From assembly GCA_963674545.2 (NCBI GenBank), contig CAXXFB010000001.1, positions 2,484,744-2,548,743 on the forward strand: a stretch of DNA of 64,000 nucleotides, read 5' to 3'. The first letter of the stretch is position 1; every line of letters starts with the position of its first letter. The DNA is from Christensenellaceae bacterium. Its GTDB lineage: Bacteria; Bacillota; Clostridia; Christensenellales; SZUA-584. This document shows, piece after piece, positions 53,323 through 63,704 of this stretch. The translations under genes and the position numbers were made by a program. The notes below the pieces were generated by a model. The model made no database searches. It was given only the letters and a program-made list of their open reading frames with translations, and was not told where the DNA came from.

Positions 53323-54387
53323 ATGTTTGATAAACTACAGGCACACAAAGAAAGATTTCAAGAGCTGGAGACTCAGCTTTCAAAAAGCGAGACGGTACAA
53401 AATCAGGAGCTTTATAAAAAGCTCATAAAAGAGCATGCATCGCTTTCAGAAATAGTGCAGAAATATGATAAGCACAAAGAAAACGAAGCACAGCTTGCCG
53501 ATTTAAAACTGATGCTTGAAGACGATGATTCAGAGATCGTTGCAATGGCGAAAGAAGAAATAGGCGAGCTTCAAGAAAAGAACGAAGAGCTCGAAGAGGA
53601 GCTGAAGCTCTTACTGCTTCCAAAAGACCCCAATGACGACAAGAACGTCGTGCTGGAGATAAGGGCAGGCACTGGCGGAGACGAAGCTGCTTTATTCGGT
53701 GCAAACCTTTTAAGGATGTACACCCGTTATTCAGAGCGTACAGGCTATGGCATGGAGACACTCAGTTCGAATATAACCGAGCTTGGCGGCGTAAAAGAGA
53801 TAACTCTGCTGATATCCGGTAAGGGAGCTTATTCACGGCTTAAATATGAAAGCGGTGTACACAGGGTACAGCGTGTCCCGGAGACGGAGTCTTCCGGACG
53901 TATACACACTTCTGCGGCGACTGTAGCGGTGCTGCCGGAAGCGGAGGACGTGGATATAGAGATAAACCCGGCTGACCTTAGAATAGACGTGTACCGTTCA
54001 TCCGGTAACGGCGGACAGAGCGTCAACACTACAGACAGCGCAGTGCGTATAACGCACGAACCGAGCGGACTTGTCGTTACCTGTCAGGATGAGAAATCTC
54101 AGCTCAAAAACAAAGACAAAGCTATGAAGGTTCTCAAAGCAAGGCTATACGACATGGCGAAGCAGGAGCAGGAGCAGGCACAGTCGCAGAACAGGAAGAG
54201 CCAAGTTGGCTCGGGTGACAGAAGCGAGCGTGTCCGTACATACAACTTCCCGCAGGGCAGGGTTACAGACCACCGCATATCCATGACGCTTTATAAGCTG
54301 GAAGCTTTTCTGGACGGCGACATGGACGAGATGATAGATGCGCTGATAATGGATGAGAAAACAAAGGCGCTGAGCGCACAGGAATAA
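53323..54387 (+). CDS. prfA: Peptide chain release factor 1
   Basis: '[17 protein letters not shown]' and the GGQ motif '[20 protein letters not shown]'. Confidence 0.95.
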   Translation: MFDKLQAHKERFQELETQLSKSETVQNQELYKKLIKEHASLSEIVQKYDKHKENEAQLADLKLMLEDDDSEIVAMAKEEIGELQEKNEELEEELKLLLLPKDPNDDKNVVLEIRAGTGGDEAALFGANLLRMYTRYSERTGYGMETLSSNITELGGVKEITLLISGKGAYSRLKYESGVHRVQRVPETESSGRIHTSAATVAVLPEAEDVDIEINPADLRIDVYRSSGNGGQSVNTTDSAVRITHEPSGLVVTCQDEKSQLKNKDKAMKVLKARLYDMAKQEQEQAQSQNRKSQVGSGDRSERVRTYNFPQGRVTDHRISMTLYKLEAFLDGDMDEMIDALIMDEKTKALSAQE

Positions 54388-54905
54388 ATAAAGAAAAAGG
54401 AAGCCCCTTCATACAATTGTGTGAGGGGGCTATTTATATCTTTTTCCATTTCATAAAACTTCATTTTAATTCCCCGAACGTCGTCCAGAGTCGGTCTTAC
54501 TACTCGGAAGCCCTGTTTTAGAAAGAACGGACGGGCGGTGATGCTAACGCCTGCGAACACACGGCGGTAACCAAGCCGCTTTGCTTCAGCGATACAGGCG
54601 CCAAGCAGCGCTTTGCCGACACCTTTGCCTATGCTGTCCTGACGTACGAAGAAGCAGTTGATATACCCTTCTTCCTCCAGTTCAGCAAAGCCGATTGGCT
54701 GCGTGCCTTCCACGGCTACGAAAGGATTGATGCGCTCAAAACGCTCAATATCTTTGTTTCTATTTTCTTCGGTATACGGCCCGGAAGGCGCCCAAGCTTC
54801 CAGCTCTTCCGGGGTATAGTCCTGCTTGTTTACATTATGTATTGTATCGTGATAGATCGAGTTAAGAGCATCGGTATCCTGTATTTTATATCTTCGGATC
54901 AGCAT
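54291..54905 (-). CDS. GNAT-family N-acetyltransferase (with unusually long 3' read-through)
   Basis: Start at '[10 protein letters not shown]'. It has the acetyl-CoA motif '[15 protein letters not shown]'. The frame has no stop until 54288-54290, inside the prfA 3' end. Confidence 0.7.
   Translation of the reverse strand: MLIRRYKIQDTDALNSIYHDTIHNVNKQDYTPEELEAWAPSGPYTEENRNKDIERFERINPFVAVEGTQPIGFAELEEEGYINCFFVRQDSIGKGVGKALLGACIAEAKRLGYRRVFAGVSITARPFFLKQGFRVVRPTLDDVRGIKMKFYEMEKDINSPLTQLYEGASFFFIYSCALSAFVFSSIISASIISSMSPSRKASSL
54402..54431. terminator. Terminator hairpin after prfA
   Basis: AGCCCCTTCA-10 nt-TGAGGGGGCT, then a T-rich tract. Confidence 0.55.
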
Positions 54906-54915
54906 AGATGATTTC

Positions 54916-56931
54916 CTACTCCGTCCAAACTTCGATAGGCGTATAGTCTGTATAGTGCTCTTCGCCGTAGTTGTCGATGAACAAAAAGCCATAATAATAG
55001 TCGCCATCGGGCAGCCATATCAGCTCAAGATAGAGTCCGTCACTGTCTACTGTGAATGTTTCGCCCTCATAATAGCCCTGGTATCCGTCTGTGAACAGGG
55101 TTTTGAAAGTCGGAGTTATTTTATCTCCCGGCTTCACTTCGATGGTGAATTTCGTATTGGGAGCAGAGAAATCTTCGTTGGCATAGAATATACCGGTATA
55201 TTTATAGTATCCTCCTTCAGCATTATAAGAATCCCATATCCATGAACCCGTCACGATTGCTTTTTTGCCGTTGTAGAGCACGGGGATGCTGTATTTGACA
55301 TACTCATCCGTTTCTTCCATAACATAAAGTGAAACGAGCCTGCCGTTAAGGCCGGTCCACGAGCAGTCAAAATCGTCGGATATTATATTGGTCTCAAAGT
55401 CTATGTTAACATCGCTGTCGAAACCAAGGTCTATAACAACATCGTCGCTTACTGCCCAGCCAAGGGCGCAGTATACATAACTCATGTATTCCATCTCTTC
55501 GTTTGTGAGCTGTACGTAATAGAGAGGCTCTTCTGCATCCATGTCTTGCTCGCCAGTTTCCTCAAGCTCGGGGTCATAGTCCGGTATGAAGCTGAGGTAG
55601 GACTGGCTGGAAAGCTGTGCGGCGAAGTCTGCAATGAACTGGTGATAGCTGCTGCAGAAGTCTATATCTCCGTAAATCTCCAGACAGTAAGGGAAGTATT
55701 CAACTGCAGAGAATGGGAAGTATACGGAAAGGCCATATGAGTATATCCGCTGGGAGCCGCTGACTTCATAAACGACTGCGTTCTCAATTGCTGTCATAAG
55801 CTCGTCCGAAAGTGCCGGGCTTAAATCCCGCTGGAGTTCAACGAAGTTATAAAGGTCGACAAGGTCGAAAGGAACCGACTCCGGCGCCTCGCCGTATTTT
55901 TCAGAGCGCTGACGTGCAGAAGCAACTGCTGAGAGCGTTTGAGGATTGCTTATATCTGTTGTAAGCTGCGAAGCAAAATTGCCAAGCGCAGTTTCCAGTG
56001 CTGGTATCAGGCTAAGGTCAATCACCGAACAGGTCGTCATGCTTTCCCATTCTGTGCTGCTGTATTTGTTATAGTATCCGTCGGATATAGCAGTGCCAAA
56101 ATCAAGCCCGTTCATTGAAGGGTCGGAAGCAAGCGAGCCGAGCATATATTCATAGCCCCAGCCGCCGCCCGGCTCAGATTCCTCTGAAGCGACCATATAT
56201 TTTGCGTACGGCTCGAGTATTGCCGCAGTTTCCACATTTGCCATCAGGCAGGCGTCGAAACCGACGAGGTCATATTTCTGACCGTCGAAGCTGGATGCAA
56301 AAGCATCATCTATCTCGGACAAATACAACTGATCTTCGTTGAAAAGCTCGTCAACTCCAAAACCGGCTATACTGCCAGCGCCGTGGTTCCACAGGAAAAG
56401 CGCCCGCCGTGTGTTTGGATAAAGCTGCTGTCCATAGCGCAAAAAACCGGCAAGCGTAGAGCTTTCGCCTATACTGACAGCATTTATGCTGTCAAGCAGC
56501 ACGAGCTCCCCGCTGTCCACCTCCCAGATCTGGTTTTCTTGAGAACTGATAACATCGTTCTGCCATTCCCGTGTTCCTCCGGTATAGATGATCATATGGA
56601 CATTTTCGGGAAGGGGAACGCTTAGAATGCTTATAAGGTTGGTTGTGGCTTCGCCTGCGTCGCTTTCAAGGTTAGAACCATTAAGATACAGCATTATCGT
56701 CCAGCCGTCATAGTTTTCTTCTGTCGGTGTTGGTGTAGGTGTTTGCACAGGTATAGCGGTAGCCGCAGGCGTAGGCTCTGGCCTTTCAGTTCGGTCAGGC
56801 TCATCGTCTCTTTCGTCGTCCTGTGTATCTGTTTGTACATTTTTATAGAAGTCGATCGTTTCTCCGCAGCCAAAAGATGATAAGGCAAGCAATAAACAGA
56901 GAAGAACAAGCAAAACAGCTTTTGATTTCAT
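54916..56931 (-). CDS. Clostripain-family (C11) cysteine peptidase lipoprotein
   Basis: AGGAGA RBS, lipobox 'LSSFGC', catalytic His 'LWNHGAG' and Cys 'GFDACLMA'. Confidence 0.8.
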   Translation of the reverse strand: MKSKAVLLVLLCLLLALSSFGCGETIDFYKNVQTDTQDDERDDEPDRTERPEPTPAATAIPVQTPTPTPTEENYDGWTIMLYLNGSNLESDAGEATTNLISILSVPLPENVHMIIYTGGTREWQNDVISSQENQIWEVDSGELVLLDSINAVSIGESSTLAGFLRYGQQLYPNTRRALFLWNHGAGSIAGFGVDELFNEDQLYLSEIDDAFASSFDGQKYDLVGFDACLMANVETAAILEPYAKYMVASEESEPGGGWGYEYMLGSLASDPSMNGLDFGTAISDGYYNKYSSTEWESMTTCSVIDLSLIPALETALGNFASQLTTDISNPQTLSAVASARQRSEKYGEAPESVPFDLVDLYNFVELQRDLSPALSDELMTAIENAVVYEVSGSQRIYSYGLSVYFPFSAVEYFPYCLEIYGDIDFCSSYHQFIADFAAQLSSQSYLSFIPDYDPELEETGEQDMDAEEPLYYVQLTNEEMEYMSYVYCALGWAVSDDVVIDLGFDSDVNIDFETNIISDDFDCSWTGLNGRLVSLYVMEETDEYVKYSIPVLYNGKKAIVTGSWIWDSYNAEGGYYKYTGIFYANEDFSAPNTKFTIEVKPGDKITPTFKTLFTDGYQGYYEGETFTVDSDGLYLELIWLPDGDYYYGFLFIDNYGEEHYTDYTPIEVWTE

Positions 56932-57047
56932 AGCTTAACATTCTCCTTATAAAGAGGATATATATAAGAATATCACTAAAGGAGATATTATAAAAGAGAA
57001 TTTGGATATCTGGTATAAAAAATAACGGAAAAATTTGCATATTTGAC

Positions 57048-57076
57048 TTGACTATGATGAACAGCGGGTGTATACT
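57048..57076 (+). promoter_or_regulatory. Promoter of the dfx-rbr operon
   Basis: -35 TTGACT (57048-57053), a 17-nt spacer, and -10 TATACT (57071-57076). Confidence 0.45.
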
Positions 57077-57078
57077 AT

Positions 57079-57100
57079 TAATAATGATTACTGATAATGA
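57079..57100. promoter_or_regulatory. Fur-family (PerR-like) box candidate
   Basis: TAATAAT-G-ATTACTG followed by a GATAAT hexamer, immediately downstream of the -10 box. Confidence 0.3.
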
Positions 57101-57142
57101 GCACTAAAAATCAAAATTATAATAAAAATAGGAGGCAGATTT

Positions 57143-57529
57143 ATGACAAAATACGGAGATTTTTACCATTGTAATTTATGCGGACATGTGATAAGTATCT
57201 TACACGAAGGTGCAGAAGACTCACTTGTTTGCTGCGGTCAAAAGATGGAACGCCTTGAAGCAAAAACTGCTGATTCGAGCACAGAGAAGCATGTTCCTGT
57301 TGTTGTGCCGAATGGAGACAGCGTTATAATCAAGGTGGGAAGCGTACCTCATCCGATGACTGAAGAACACTACATCTCATTTATTGAGGTAGTAAGAAAA
57401 GACGGCAAGAGAGGCATCGCAAGGACAAAAGGACAGGATAAAGCGGAAGCCGAATTCAAGATGAAGGCTGAAGAGATCGACAAAGTATATGAATACTGCA
57501 ACGTACACAGCCTGTGGGCAGACAAATAG
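57143..57529 (+). CDS. dfx: Desulfoferrodoxin (2Fe superoxide reductase)
   Basis: N-terminal desulforedoxin 'CNLCGH...CCG'. Centre II ligands are in 'EKHVPV', 'HPMTEEHYI' and 'CNVHSLW'. Confidence 0.9.
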   Translation: MTKYGDFYHCNLCGHVISILHEGAEDSLVCCGQKMERLEAKTADSSTEKHVPVVVPNGDSVIIKVGSVPHPMTEEHYISFIEVVRKDGKRGIARTKGQDKAEAEFKMKAEEIDKVYEYCNVHSLWADK

Positions 57530-57547
57530 TATAAGCGGAGGTACCGT

Positions 57548-58084
57548 ATGAAAGACTTAAAAGGAACAAAGACTGAAAAGAATCTGCAGGATGCTTTTGC
57601 AGGAGAATCCATGGCAACCAACAAATATTCATATTTTGCATCTGTAGCGAAAAAAGAAGGATATGTACAGATATCAAACATCTTTATGGAAACGTCCGGC
57701 AATGAACGTGAGCATGCAAAGCTGTGGTTCAAGGCGCTAAACGAGCTTGGTTCCACGACAGAGAATCTTATAGCAGCAGCAGCGGGTGAGCACTATGAGA
57801 ACACACAGATGTATCCTACGATGGCAAAAGAGGCAAGGGAAGAAGGCTTTGAAGAGATAGCAAGGCTTTTTGAGGGCGTCTCCAAAGTCGAGGAAAAACA
57901 TGAAGCAAGATATAAAGCGCTAAAAGCAAATATCGACAATGGGGTTGTTTTCGAGAGAGATGAGCCGGTAGAGTGGATATGCACTAACTGCGGACACAGG
58001 TTCGTTGGCAAGACTGCTCCGGAAAAATGTCCGGTATGCGCACATCCAAAAGCATATTTCCAGCTTTATAAAGATTCTTTCTAA
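57548..58084 (+). CDS. rbr: Rubrerythrin
   Basis: Diiron four-helix motifs ('GESMA', 'EREHAK', 'GEHYE', 'EEKHEARY') plus C-terminal rubredoxin 'CTNCGH...CPVCAHP'. Confidence 0.9.
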   Translation: MKDLKGTKTEKNLQDAFAGESMATNKYSYFASVAKKEGYVQISNIFMETSGNEREHAKLWFKALNELGSTTENLIAAAAGEHYENTQMYPTMAKEAREEGFEEIARLFEGVSKVEEKHEARYKALKANIDNGVVFERDEPVEWICTNCGHRFVGKTAPEKCPVCAHPKAYFQLYKDSF

Positions 58085-58127
58085 TGAAGTGATAGTGTGC
58101 GAAAAGCAAACATTTGAATCGCAAAAT

Positions 58128-58158
58128 AAAAGCCCTGATTACAGGGCTTTTATTTTTT
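58128..58158 (+). terminator. Rho-independent terminator after rbr
   Basis: AAAAGCCCTG-atta-CAGGGCTTTT followed by ATTTTTT. Confidence 0.75.
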
Positions 58159-58250
58159 ATATATCAATACATATATTAATAATGATTATGGTATAGAAAG
58201 AAAAAATTTCTAGTGAAAAATTTTAAGGTATGTGTTATTATATCCACTGA

Positions 58251-59768
58251 ATGAATAATATAAACGAGCCAAAGAAGGCTGACAAAAAAACAAAAAAGAC
58301 AAAACTGTTTAAACCGCCGATAACTGCAAAGAAGATATTGATATACTGTCTTTTAGTGCTGCTTGTTGTTGCACTTGTTTTAGCGGCGAGATTCATATAC
58401 CGTACGGTGATAAACCCGGTCTCTGCTTTCGATAATACGCCGGATATCGTTGTAGTCCAAACGCAAACGCCGGATGCTGTATTACAGACCGACTCCCAGA
58501 CGCAGACCCCAGAGCCTACAGTCACCCTTTCACCAAGAGAGCTGTTAGAGCTGGAAGCAGATAAAGACTTTATGAAAAACCGTGTCAACGTGCTTTTAAC
58601 GGGCATAGATTACAGTGAAGAAAGAGAAGGCCGCACGGACTTTAGAACGGATACGATAATGCTTTTGTCTGTCAACTTTGAAACCGGTAAGGTTGATATG
58701 ATATCAGTGCCCAGAGACAGCTATGCTGACATAGCTTATACCGATGCAAAGTGGAAGATAAACGGAGCATATATGAGTGCCGGAGGAAGAGAAGACAACG
58801 GCTTTGCCTGCATGATGCAGACGGTAAGCGATTGCCTCGGCGGTGTTCCTATAGACTATTACATTGCTGTAGAGATGCAGGCAGTAAAGGATATAGTAGA
58901 TATAATAGGCGGCGTCTGGTACGACGTTGACTACGAGTTTACTATGAACGGACGTCATCTTGAAAAGGGATATCAGTATCTTACGGGACAGCAGGTACTC
59001 GACTACCTGCGCCTTAGAAAAGGCGTTACCGGCAGCTCTGACATAAACAGGATAGACCGCCAGCAGCGGTTGCTGGTTGAAGTCTTCAACCAGATGAAGG
59101 ATTCATCGCTTATTGCAAAAGTGCCCGAGATGTATAAAGCGCTAGAGTCACAGATAATGACCAATCTTAATTTTGAGCAGATAGTGGCTATCAGCCTTTT
59201 TGCGCTGGACTTCGACCTTGAAACTGGGTTTAACAGGTATACGCTCAAAGGCGAATATATGGCGGCATACAACGCTTCAAAGTATTATGTACTGGACCAT
59301 ACATATACTGAACAGATCGTTGAAGAGATATTTGGCATATCTCCGAAGATAAACTGGGATTACAGCATAGAATATGTCAAGTTCGATATGGCCCGTATCA
59401 ATTTGGCAAAGGATATCGAAGAGGTAAAGCAGCTTTTGATAGACAATCAGAATATTCTCTCGGAAGTGTATACGCTGGTTGAGCCTGGGCAGGGGCAGGA
59501 TCCGCTTGAATATTTTGAGTTTGCATCCGTTACAGAGGGCTATGAGTATATCGAGGACGTATTGAAGCAGGCGATGTTTGATCTTGCGCTTGAAGACGAA
59601 GATCTGATGAACGCTTCTATAGAAGCGCTCGAGACGCTGACAAAGCAGTTGGAGGCTTTGATAAAGGCGCCGCCGACGCCGGAACCAAGTCCGACAGTTA
59701 TACCGACTACCATGCCGACAACTACGCCGGAGACCACTCCGGAAACTACACCGACAACAACACCTTAA
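58251..59768 (+). CDS. LytR/CpsA/Psr (LCP) family protein with long C-terminal extension and Pro/Thr-rich tail
   Basis: TM anchor, LCP core 'NVLLTGID...RTDTIMLLS...ISVPRD', and the tail 'PPTPEPSPTVIPTTMPTTTPETTPETTPTTTP'. Confidence 0.8.
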   Translation: MNNINEPKKADKKTKKTKLFKPPITAKKILIYCLLVLLVVALVLAARFIYRTVINPVSAFDNTPDIVVVQTQTPDAVLQTDSQTQTPEPTVTLSPRELLELEADKDFMKNRVNVLLTGIDYSEEREGRTDFRTDTIMLLSVNFETGKVDMISVPRDSYADIAYTDAKWKINGAYMSAGGREDNGFACMMQTVSDCLGGVPIDYYIAVEMQAVKDIVDIIGGVWYDVDYEFTMNGRHLEKGYQYLTGQQVLDYLRLRKGVTGSSDINRIDRQQRLLVEVFNQMKDSSLIAKVPEMYKALESQIMTNLNFEQIVAISLFALDFDLETGFNRYTLKGEYMAAYNASKYYVLDHTYTEQIVEEIFGISPKINWDYSIEYVKFDMARINLAKDIEEVKQLLIDNQNILSEVYTLVEPGQGQDPLEYFEFASVTEGYEYIEDVLKQAMFDLALEDEDLMNASIEALETLTKQLEALIKAPPTPEPSPTVIPTTMPTTTPETTPETTPTTTP

Positions 59769-59806
59769 ATCTAGACGGCAGAGGCACGTACTGATAAGGG
59801 GAGAAT

Positions 59807-60748
59807 ATGAAGCCATATCCAACAAAACCTTTCAGCGGGCACTTTCTTGAGACAGATCTTTTCGGCTGCCGGATGAACGTCATAATAAACTTGAGTACTG
59901 TTTCAAGCAAACACTTGCTTATGCCAAGCAGACATAACCATGCGTTTTATGAAGTCTTTCTGATAAACCTGCAAAAAGGCAAGTTCAGCATCGACGGCAA
60001 AAAAGAAGACATCAGCGGAAACTCCATGATAATCGTTGGGCCCAACCAATATCACAGTGTCATATACGAAGATTCGAAAGATAACGTAGTTTACAGCTTC
60101 CGTTTCTCTTTTGAACAAAAAACGGACAGTGAAAGCAGGCAAAGACAGAGACGGGCTGCGGAAGTTTTAGATTGTCTAAATGAGCTCTCTCTTATAGAAT
60201 GCCGTGACAGCCACAACGCCTTCCAGATAATCGAGCAGGTAAAAAACGAACTGAACAAACAGGAAATAGGCTGTAACAAAGCTATAGAATCACTCATAGC
60301 TCTCCTTATAACAAACTGTTTTAGGAATGTTAATATGCATATCTGCGAGGATTCCATGCAGCAGGCATATATTAGAAAAGAAAGAATTGAGAACGCTGAT
60401 GACGACCCGAGACTGGGCGATCTAATAAAAATAGAAAAGTATTTTGCGGACAATCTACAGGATGACAAAATGCTGGATTCACTTGCACAAGAACTGCACC
60501 TCAGCAACCGGCAGACTGAGAGGCTTATACAAAGTTACTTCGGTATTACATTCAGAGAAAAACTTACCATTACACGCATCGAAACTGCAAAAGACATGCT
60601 TTCAAACTCAAAGCTGTCGATAGAAGATATTGCTTTCAGAGTGGGGTATTCATCTCGGATAAGCTTCAGCACTTCTTTTAAAAATTACGAAGGAATAACT
60701 CCGGCAGATTACAAAAAACAAAACGTCGTAGAACAGTATACAATGTAA
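59807..60748 (+). CDS. AraC-family transcriptional regulator
   Basis: AAGGGGAG RBS and a C-terminal double HTH ('SNRQTERLIQSYFG...GYSSRISFSTSFKNYEGITPADY'). Confidence 0.8.
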   Translation: MKPYPTKPFSGHFLETDLFGCRMNVIINLSTVSSKHLLMPSRHNHAFYEVFLINLQKGKFSIDGKKEDISGNSMIIVGPNQYHSVIYEDSKDNVVYSFRFSFEQKTDSESRQRQRRAAEVLDCLNELSLIECRDSHNAFQIIEQVKNELNKQEIGCNKAIESLIALLITNCFRNVNMHICEDSMQQAYIRKERIENADDDPRLGDLIKIEKYFADNLQDDKMLDSLAQELHLSNRQTERLIQSYFGITFREKLTITRIETAKDMLSNSKLSIEDIAFRVGYSSRISFSTSFKNYEGITPADYKKQNVVEQYTM

Positions 60749-60896
60749 TATCTGAATAGTACCATCTGGTACACTTATACAAGTGTTTTTATAATATATT
60801 ATGACACACAAGCAAAAAACATGGCAGGTCGCAATATTTATTTCATTGCGGGGTTTGGTTATAGTTAAGCTATATTATTAAAGGAGGTTTTCTTTG

Positions 60897-61784
60897 ATGA
60901 AAAAGCTTAAGATACTTTTGATATGCGCACACCCGGGAGATGCGTTTGATGATTCGGGCGGAACGCTCTGCCACCATGCCCGCCGTGGCGATGAAGTAAC
61001 AATTGCGCTGATGACGAGCGGAACGAGAAGCCATGCGGCGCTGTTTACAGATGAAAAAAGAAAGAGTGAAGGTGAAAGAAACGAGACTTTTGCGAATATG
61101 GACTCCGGCGCTATCAGTGCATACAAAGAACGTGAGATAATAGCGGCAGGAAAAGAACTCGGAGTTACTGATATCCGCTTCTTCGAAGAAGAAGACGACA
61201 TACTGCTTATAAAAGAAGAGACCATCAAGAAGGTTGCGGACCTTATAAGAGAACTAAAGCCGGATGTTTTGATTACGCACCATCCGATGCAGGACGGAGG
61301 GCTGCTGACAACTCACCCTATAGTAGGGCAGATTGCACTGCTTGGATACGAAGCGGCAGGCGCAAGATGGACACGTGACGAGAAAGTGCCTCCGCACCAG
61401 ATAAAGCAGGTCTTTTTCATTGGCTCGCTCAACGGCAAACCGTGGATGACTTCGCACAGCTTCTATGCGCAGTGGAGGGTGTATGTAGACATAACAGACG
61501 TTGTAGACAAAAAGGTAAAAGCGCTCGACTGCCTTGCCAGCCAGCGGTATGACGGCGACTATGCAAGAAAACGTGCCGAGTCGGTTGACGGCTATTGGGG
61601 CACGAGGATAGATATACCGTATGCGGAGACGTTTATACCTATGATGCCCGAAGTTCATGAATTCCTGCCTATAATGGAGAGCACACTTGAAACCAATACC
61701 GGCTGGACTTCCCGAGTGACAAGGCTTGCCGAGTTTAAGGCGCATATGGTTCCCTATCAGAAAAGAGAGTTCTTCGATAAATAG
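60897..61784 (+). CDS. PIG-L/LmbE-family deacetylase
   Basis: The ATG at 60897 lies 9 nt after AGGAGG. It has an 'ICAHPGDAFD' zinc-site motif. Confidence 0.7.
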   Translation: MKKLKILLICAHPGDAFDDSGGTLCHHARRGDEVTIALMTSGTRSHAALFTDEKRKSEGERNETFANMDSGAISAYKEREIIAAGKELGVTDIRFFEEEDDILLIKEETIKKVADLIRELKPDVLITHHPMQDGGLLTTHPIVGQIALLGYEAAGARWTRDEKVPPHQIKQVFFIGSLNGKPWMTSHSFYAQWRVYVDITDVVDKKVKALDCLASQRYDGDYARKRAESVDGYWGTRIDIPYAETFIPMMPEVHEFLPIMESTLETNTGWTSRVTRLAEFKAHMVPYQKREFFDK

Positions 61785-61851
61785 TATTATCTTGCCGGGT
61801 GCAGAAGGGTGTATGCTCTCTGCACCTGATTTTTATTATATGAGGATATAG

Positions 61852-62889
61852 GTGGTCGTTTTGAAATTTTTTAAAAAATGCTGGGGGTTTATAAAGAAAT
61901 ATGCTCCTGGACTGTTGCTGCTGCTTGCAATAGCGCTAGCTGCAACCTTTTTGTCAAAATATCTTCCCAGCTATATAGGCAAGGTTTTTATCGCCGTTAT
62001 TTTTGGCATACTTATAGCTAACATATTCAGACCTAAAAAAGAGATATTCGGGAAAGGTATTAAGCTGGGGCTAAGCAAGCTATTGAAGCTGGCTATAATA
62101 CTTATGGGGGCAGGAATAAGTTTCAAGCAGATGGCGGCACTCGGTGCGAAAGGCATACTCATAATAATAGGGCTGATATGCATAGTGTTCGGGCTTGTTT
62201 TCCTTATAGGCAGGCTCCTAAGCGTACCGCTTAAAAGAAAGATACTGATAGCAGTAGGCGTATGTATCTGCGGGAATACGGCTATTGTTACAACAGCGCC
62301 GCTCATCGATGCCAAAGACGAAGAGATAGCTATGGCCGTCGGGATCGTTACGCTTTTTGGTGTGATAGGGGTTCTTGTCTATCCGCTCATAGGTACGGCG
62401 ATTGGTATGCAGGATGTTTGGTTCGGCGCATGGGCAGGCACAGCAATAAACGACACATCTCAAGTCGTCGCAGCAGGCTTTTCATACAGCGATGCGGCGG
62501 GCGAGACGGCAACGACGATTAAGCTGGTTCGCAATATAATGATAGTTCCGGTGGTTTTTCTTGTATCATTTTTCTTCAACAGACATTCAAATGCGAAGGG
62601 AGCAGAGCAAAAGAAGTTCAATTTCATAAAAACTTTCCCGACATTCATTCTCGGTTTCCTGCTGCTTGCTCTGCTGAACAGTTTCGGCGTGTTCACAGAA
62701 GCCGTAAGCGACGTGCTTGTTTCGATTTCGAAATTCATAATACTTCTTGCTCTTTCGGGAATAGGACTGGGTGTGGATTTCAGGAAATTCAAAGATATAG
62801 GCGCAAGGCCGTTTTTGCTAGGGTTTTCAGTTGAGTTAATACTTGCTGTAATTGCGTTTTTCGCAACAAGGCTGTTTTTTGCGGTTTGA
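61852..62889 (+). CDS. YeiH/UPF0324-family membrane protein (putative sulfate-exporter family)
   Basis: Polytopic protein whose length and N-terminal pattern fit the YeiH family. The start is uncertain (GTG at 61852 or TTG at 61861). Confidence 0.55.
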   Translation: MVVLKFFKKCWGFIKKYAPGLLLLLAIALAATFLSKYLPSYIGKVFIAVIFGILIANIFRPKKEIFGKGIKLGLSKLLKLAIILMGAGISFKQMAALGAKGILIIIGLICIVFGLVFLIGRLLSVPLKRKILIAVGVCICGNTAIVTTAPLIDAKDEEIAMAVGIVTLFGVIGVLVYPLIGTAIGMQDVWFGAWAGTAINDTSQVVAAGFSYSDAAGETATTIKLVRNIMIVPVVFLVSFFFNRHSNAKGAEQKKFNFIKTFPTFILGFLLLALLNSFGVFTEAVSDVLVSISKFIILLALSGIGLGVDFRKFKDIGARPFLLGFSVELILAVIAFFATRLFFAV

Positions 62890-62909
62890 TGCGGCTATCA
62901 TGTAATAAA

Positions 62910-62941
62910 AAAAGCTTCAGTGCATCTGCGCTGAAGCTTTT
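62910..62941. terminator. Bidirectional terminator
   Basis: AAAAGCTTCAG-10 nt-CTGAAGCTTTT between convergent genes. Confidence 0.7.
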
Positions 62942-62944
62942 GTC

Positions 62945-63679
62945 TTATTCGCCTACATACATATTACCGTATGGTCTTGAACTCTTCGGCTGATATTTTT
63001 TGAATTCGTCTATTTTTATCTTGCTCGTGTCGGTATCGAAAAGCTCGGTGTAATCCGCTATGGTTTTTTTAAGGAACTCTTTGTCTTCATCGTCGAGCGG
63101 AGCGCTTGCTATCTCTTTACCCATCAGCGCTTCGTTGACGCTGCCACGGATAAACATCTTGCCGCCGTGCATTCCTGTTCCGAAGAACCTTCCTGCCGCC
63201 GGCTCATCCTTTTTAAGACCGAGGCCCAGAACGACTATCCTGCCGCCCGCCATATATTCGCCGAGGAAATCTCCTGCTTTGCTGCCGATGACGATCTTAG
63301 GGATTTTGTCGTAATATTCTTTCATGTGTATACCGACACGGTATCCTGCATACCCTTCAATGAACATCTCGCCGCCGCGCATAGCATAGCCTATGATATC
63401 TCCGCAGCTGCCGTGTATGATAAGCCTGCCGTCGTTCATGGTGTTTGCGATGCCGTCCTGAGCGTTGCCGTACACTTCGAGTACAGCTCCGTCCATATAG
63501 CATGCGGAGTCGTTGCCAAGCGTTCCATATACGTTCAGCTTAGTGTGGCTTTTAAGGCCGCAGCCTATATATCTGTGTCCGCAGACTTCTTTTATGTCTA
63601 TTTCGCCCGGCTTTTGCGCAAGCTCTTTTATTTTTTCGTTAAGATCGCTGTAGTACAGACCTTTTGCAATCAATTCCAT
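62945..63679 (-). CDS. Glutamate synthase domain-3-like (GXGXG motif) protein
   Basis: The ATG at 63679 follows AAGGGG. It has repetitive beta-helix 'G.A.DG...G..G' turns ('VYGNAQDGIANTMNDGRLIIHGSCGDIIGYAMRGGEMFIEG'). Confidence 0.7.
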   Translation of the reverse strand: MELIAKGLYYSDLNEKIKELAQKPGEIDIKEVCGHRYIGCGLKSHTKLNVYGTLGNDSACYMDGAVLEVYGNAQDGIANTMNDGRLIIHGSCGDIIGYAMRGGEMFIEGYAGYRVGIHMKEYYDKIPKIVIGSKAGDFLGEYMAGGRIVVLGLGLKKDEPAAGRFFGTGMHGGKMFIRGSVNEALMGKEIASAPLDDEDKEFLKKTIADYTELFDTDTSKIKIDEFKKYQPKSSRPYGNMYVGE

Positions 63680-63704
63680 CAATTAATCCCCTTTTATACA
63701 CGTC

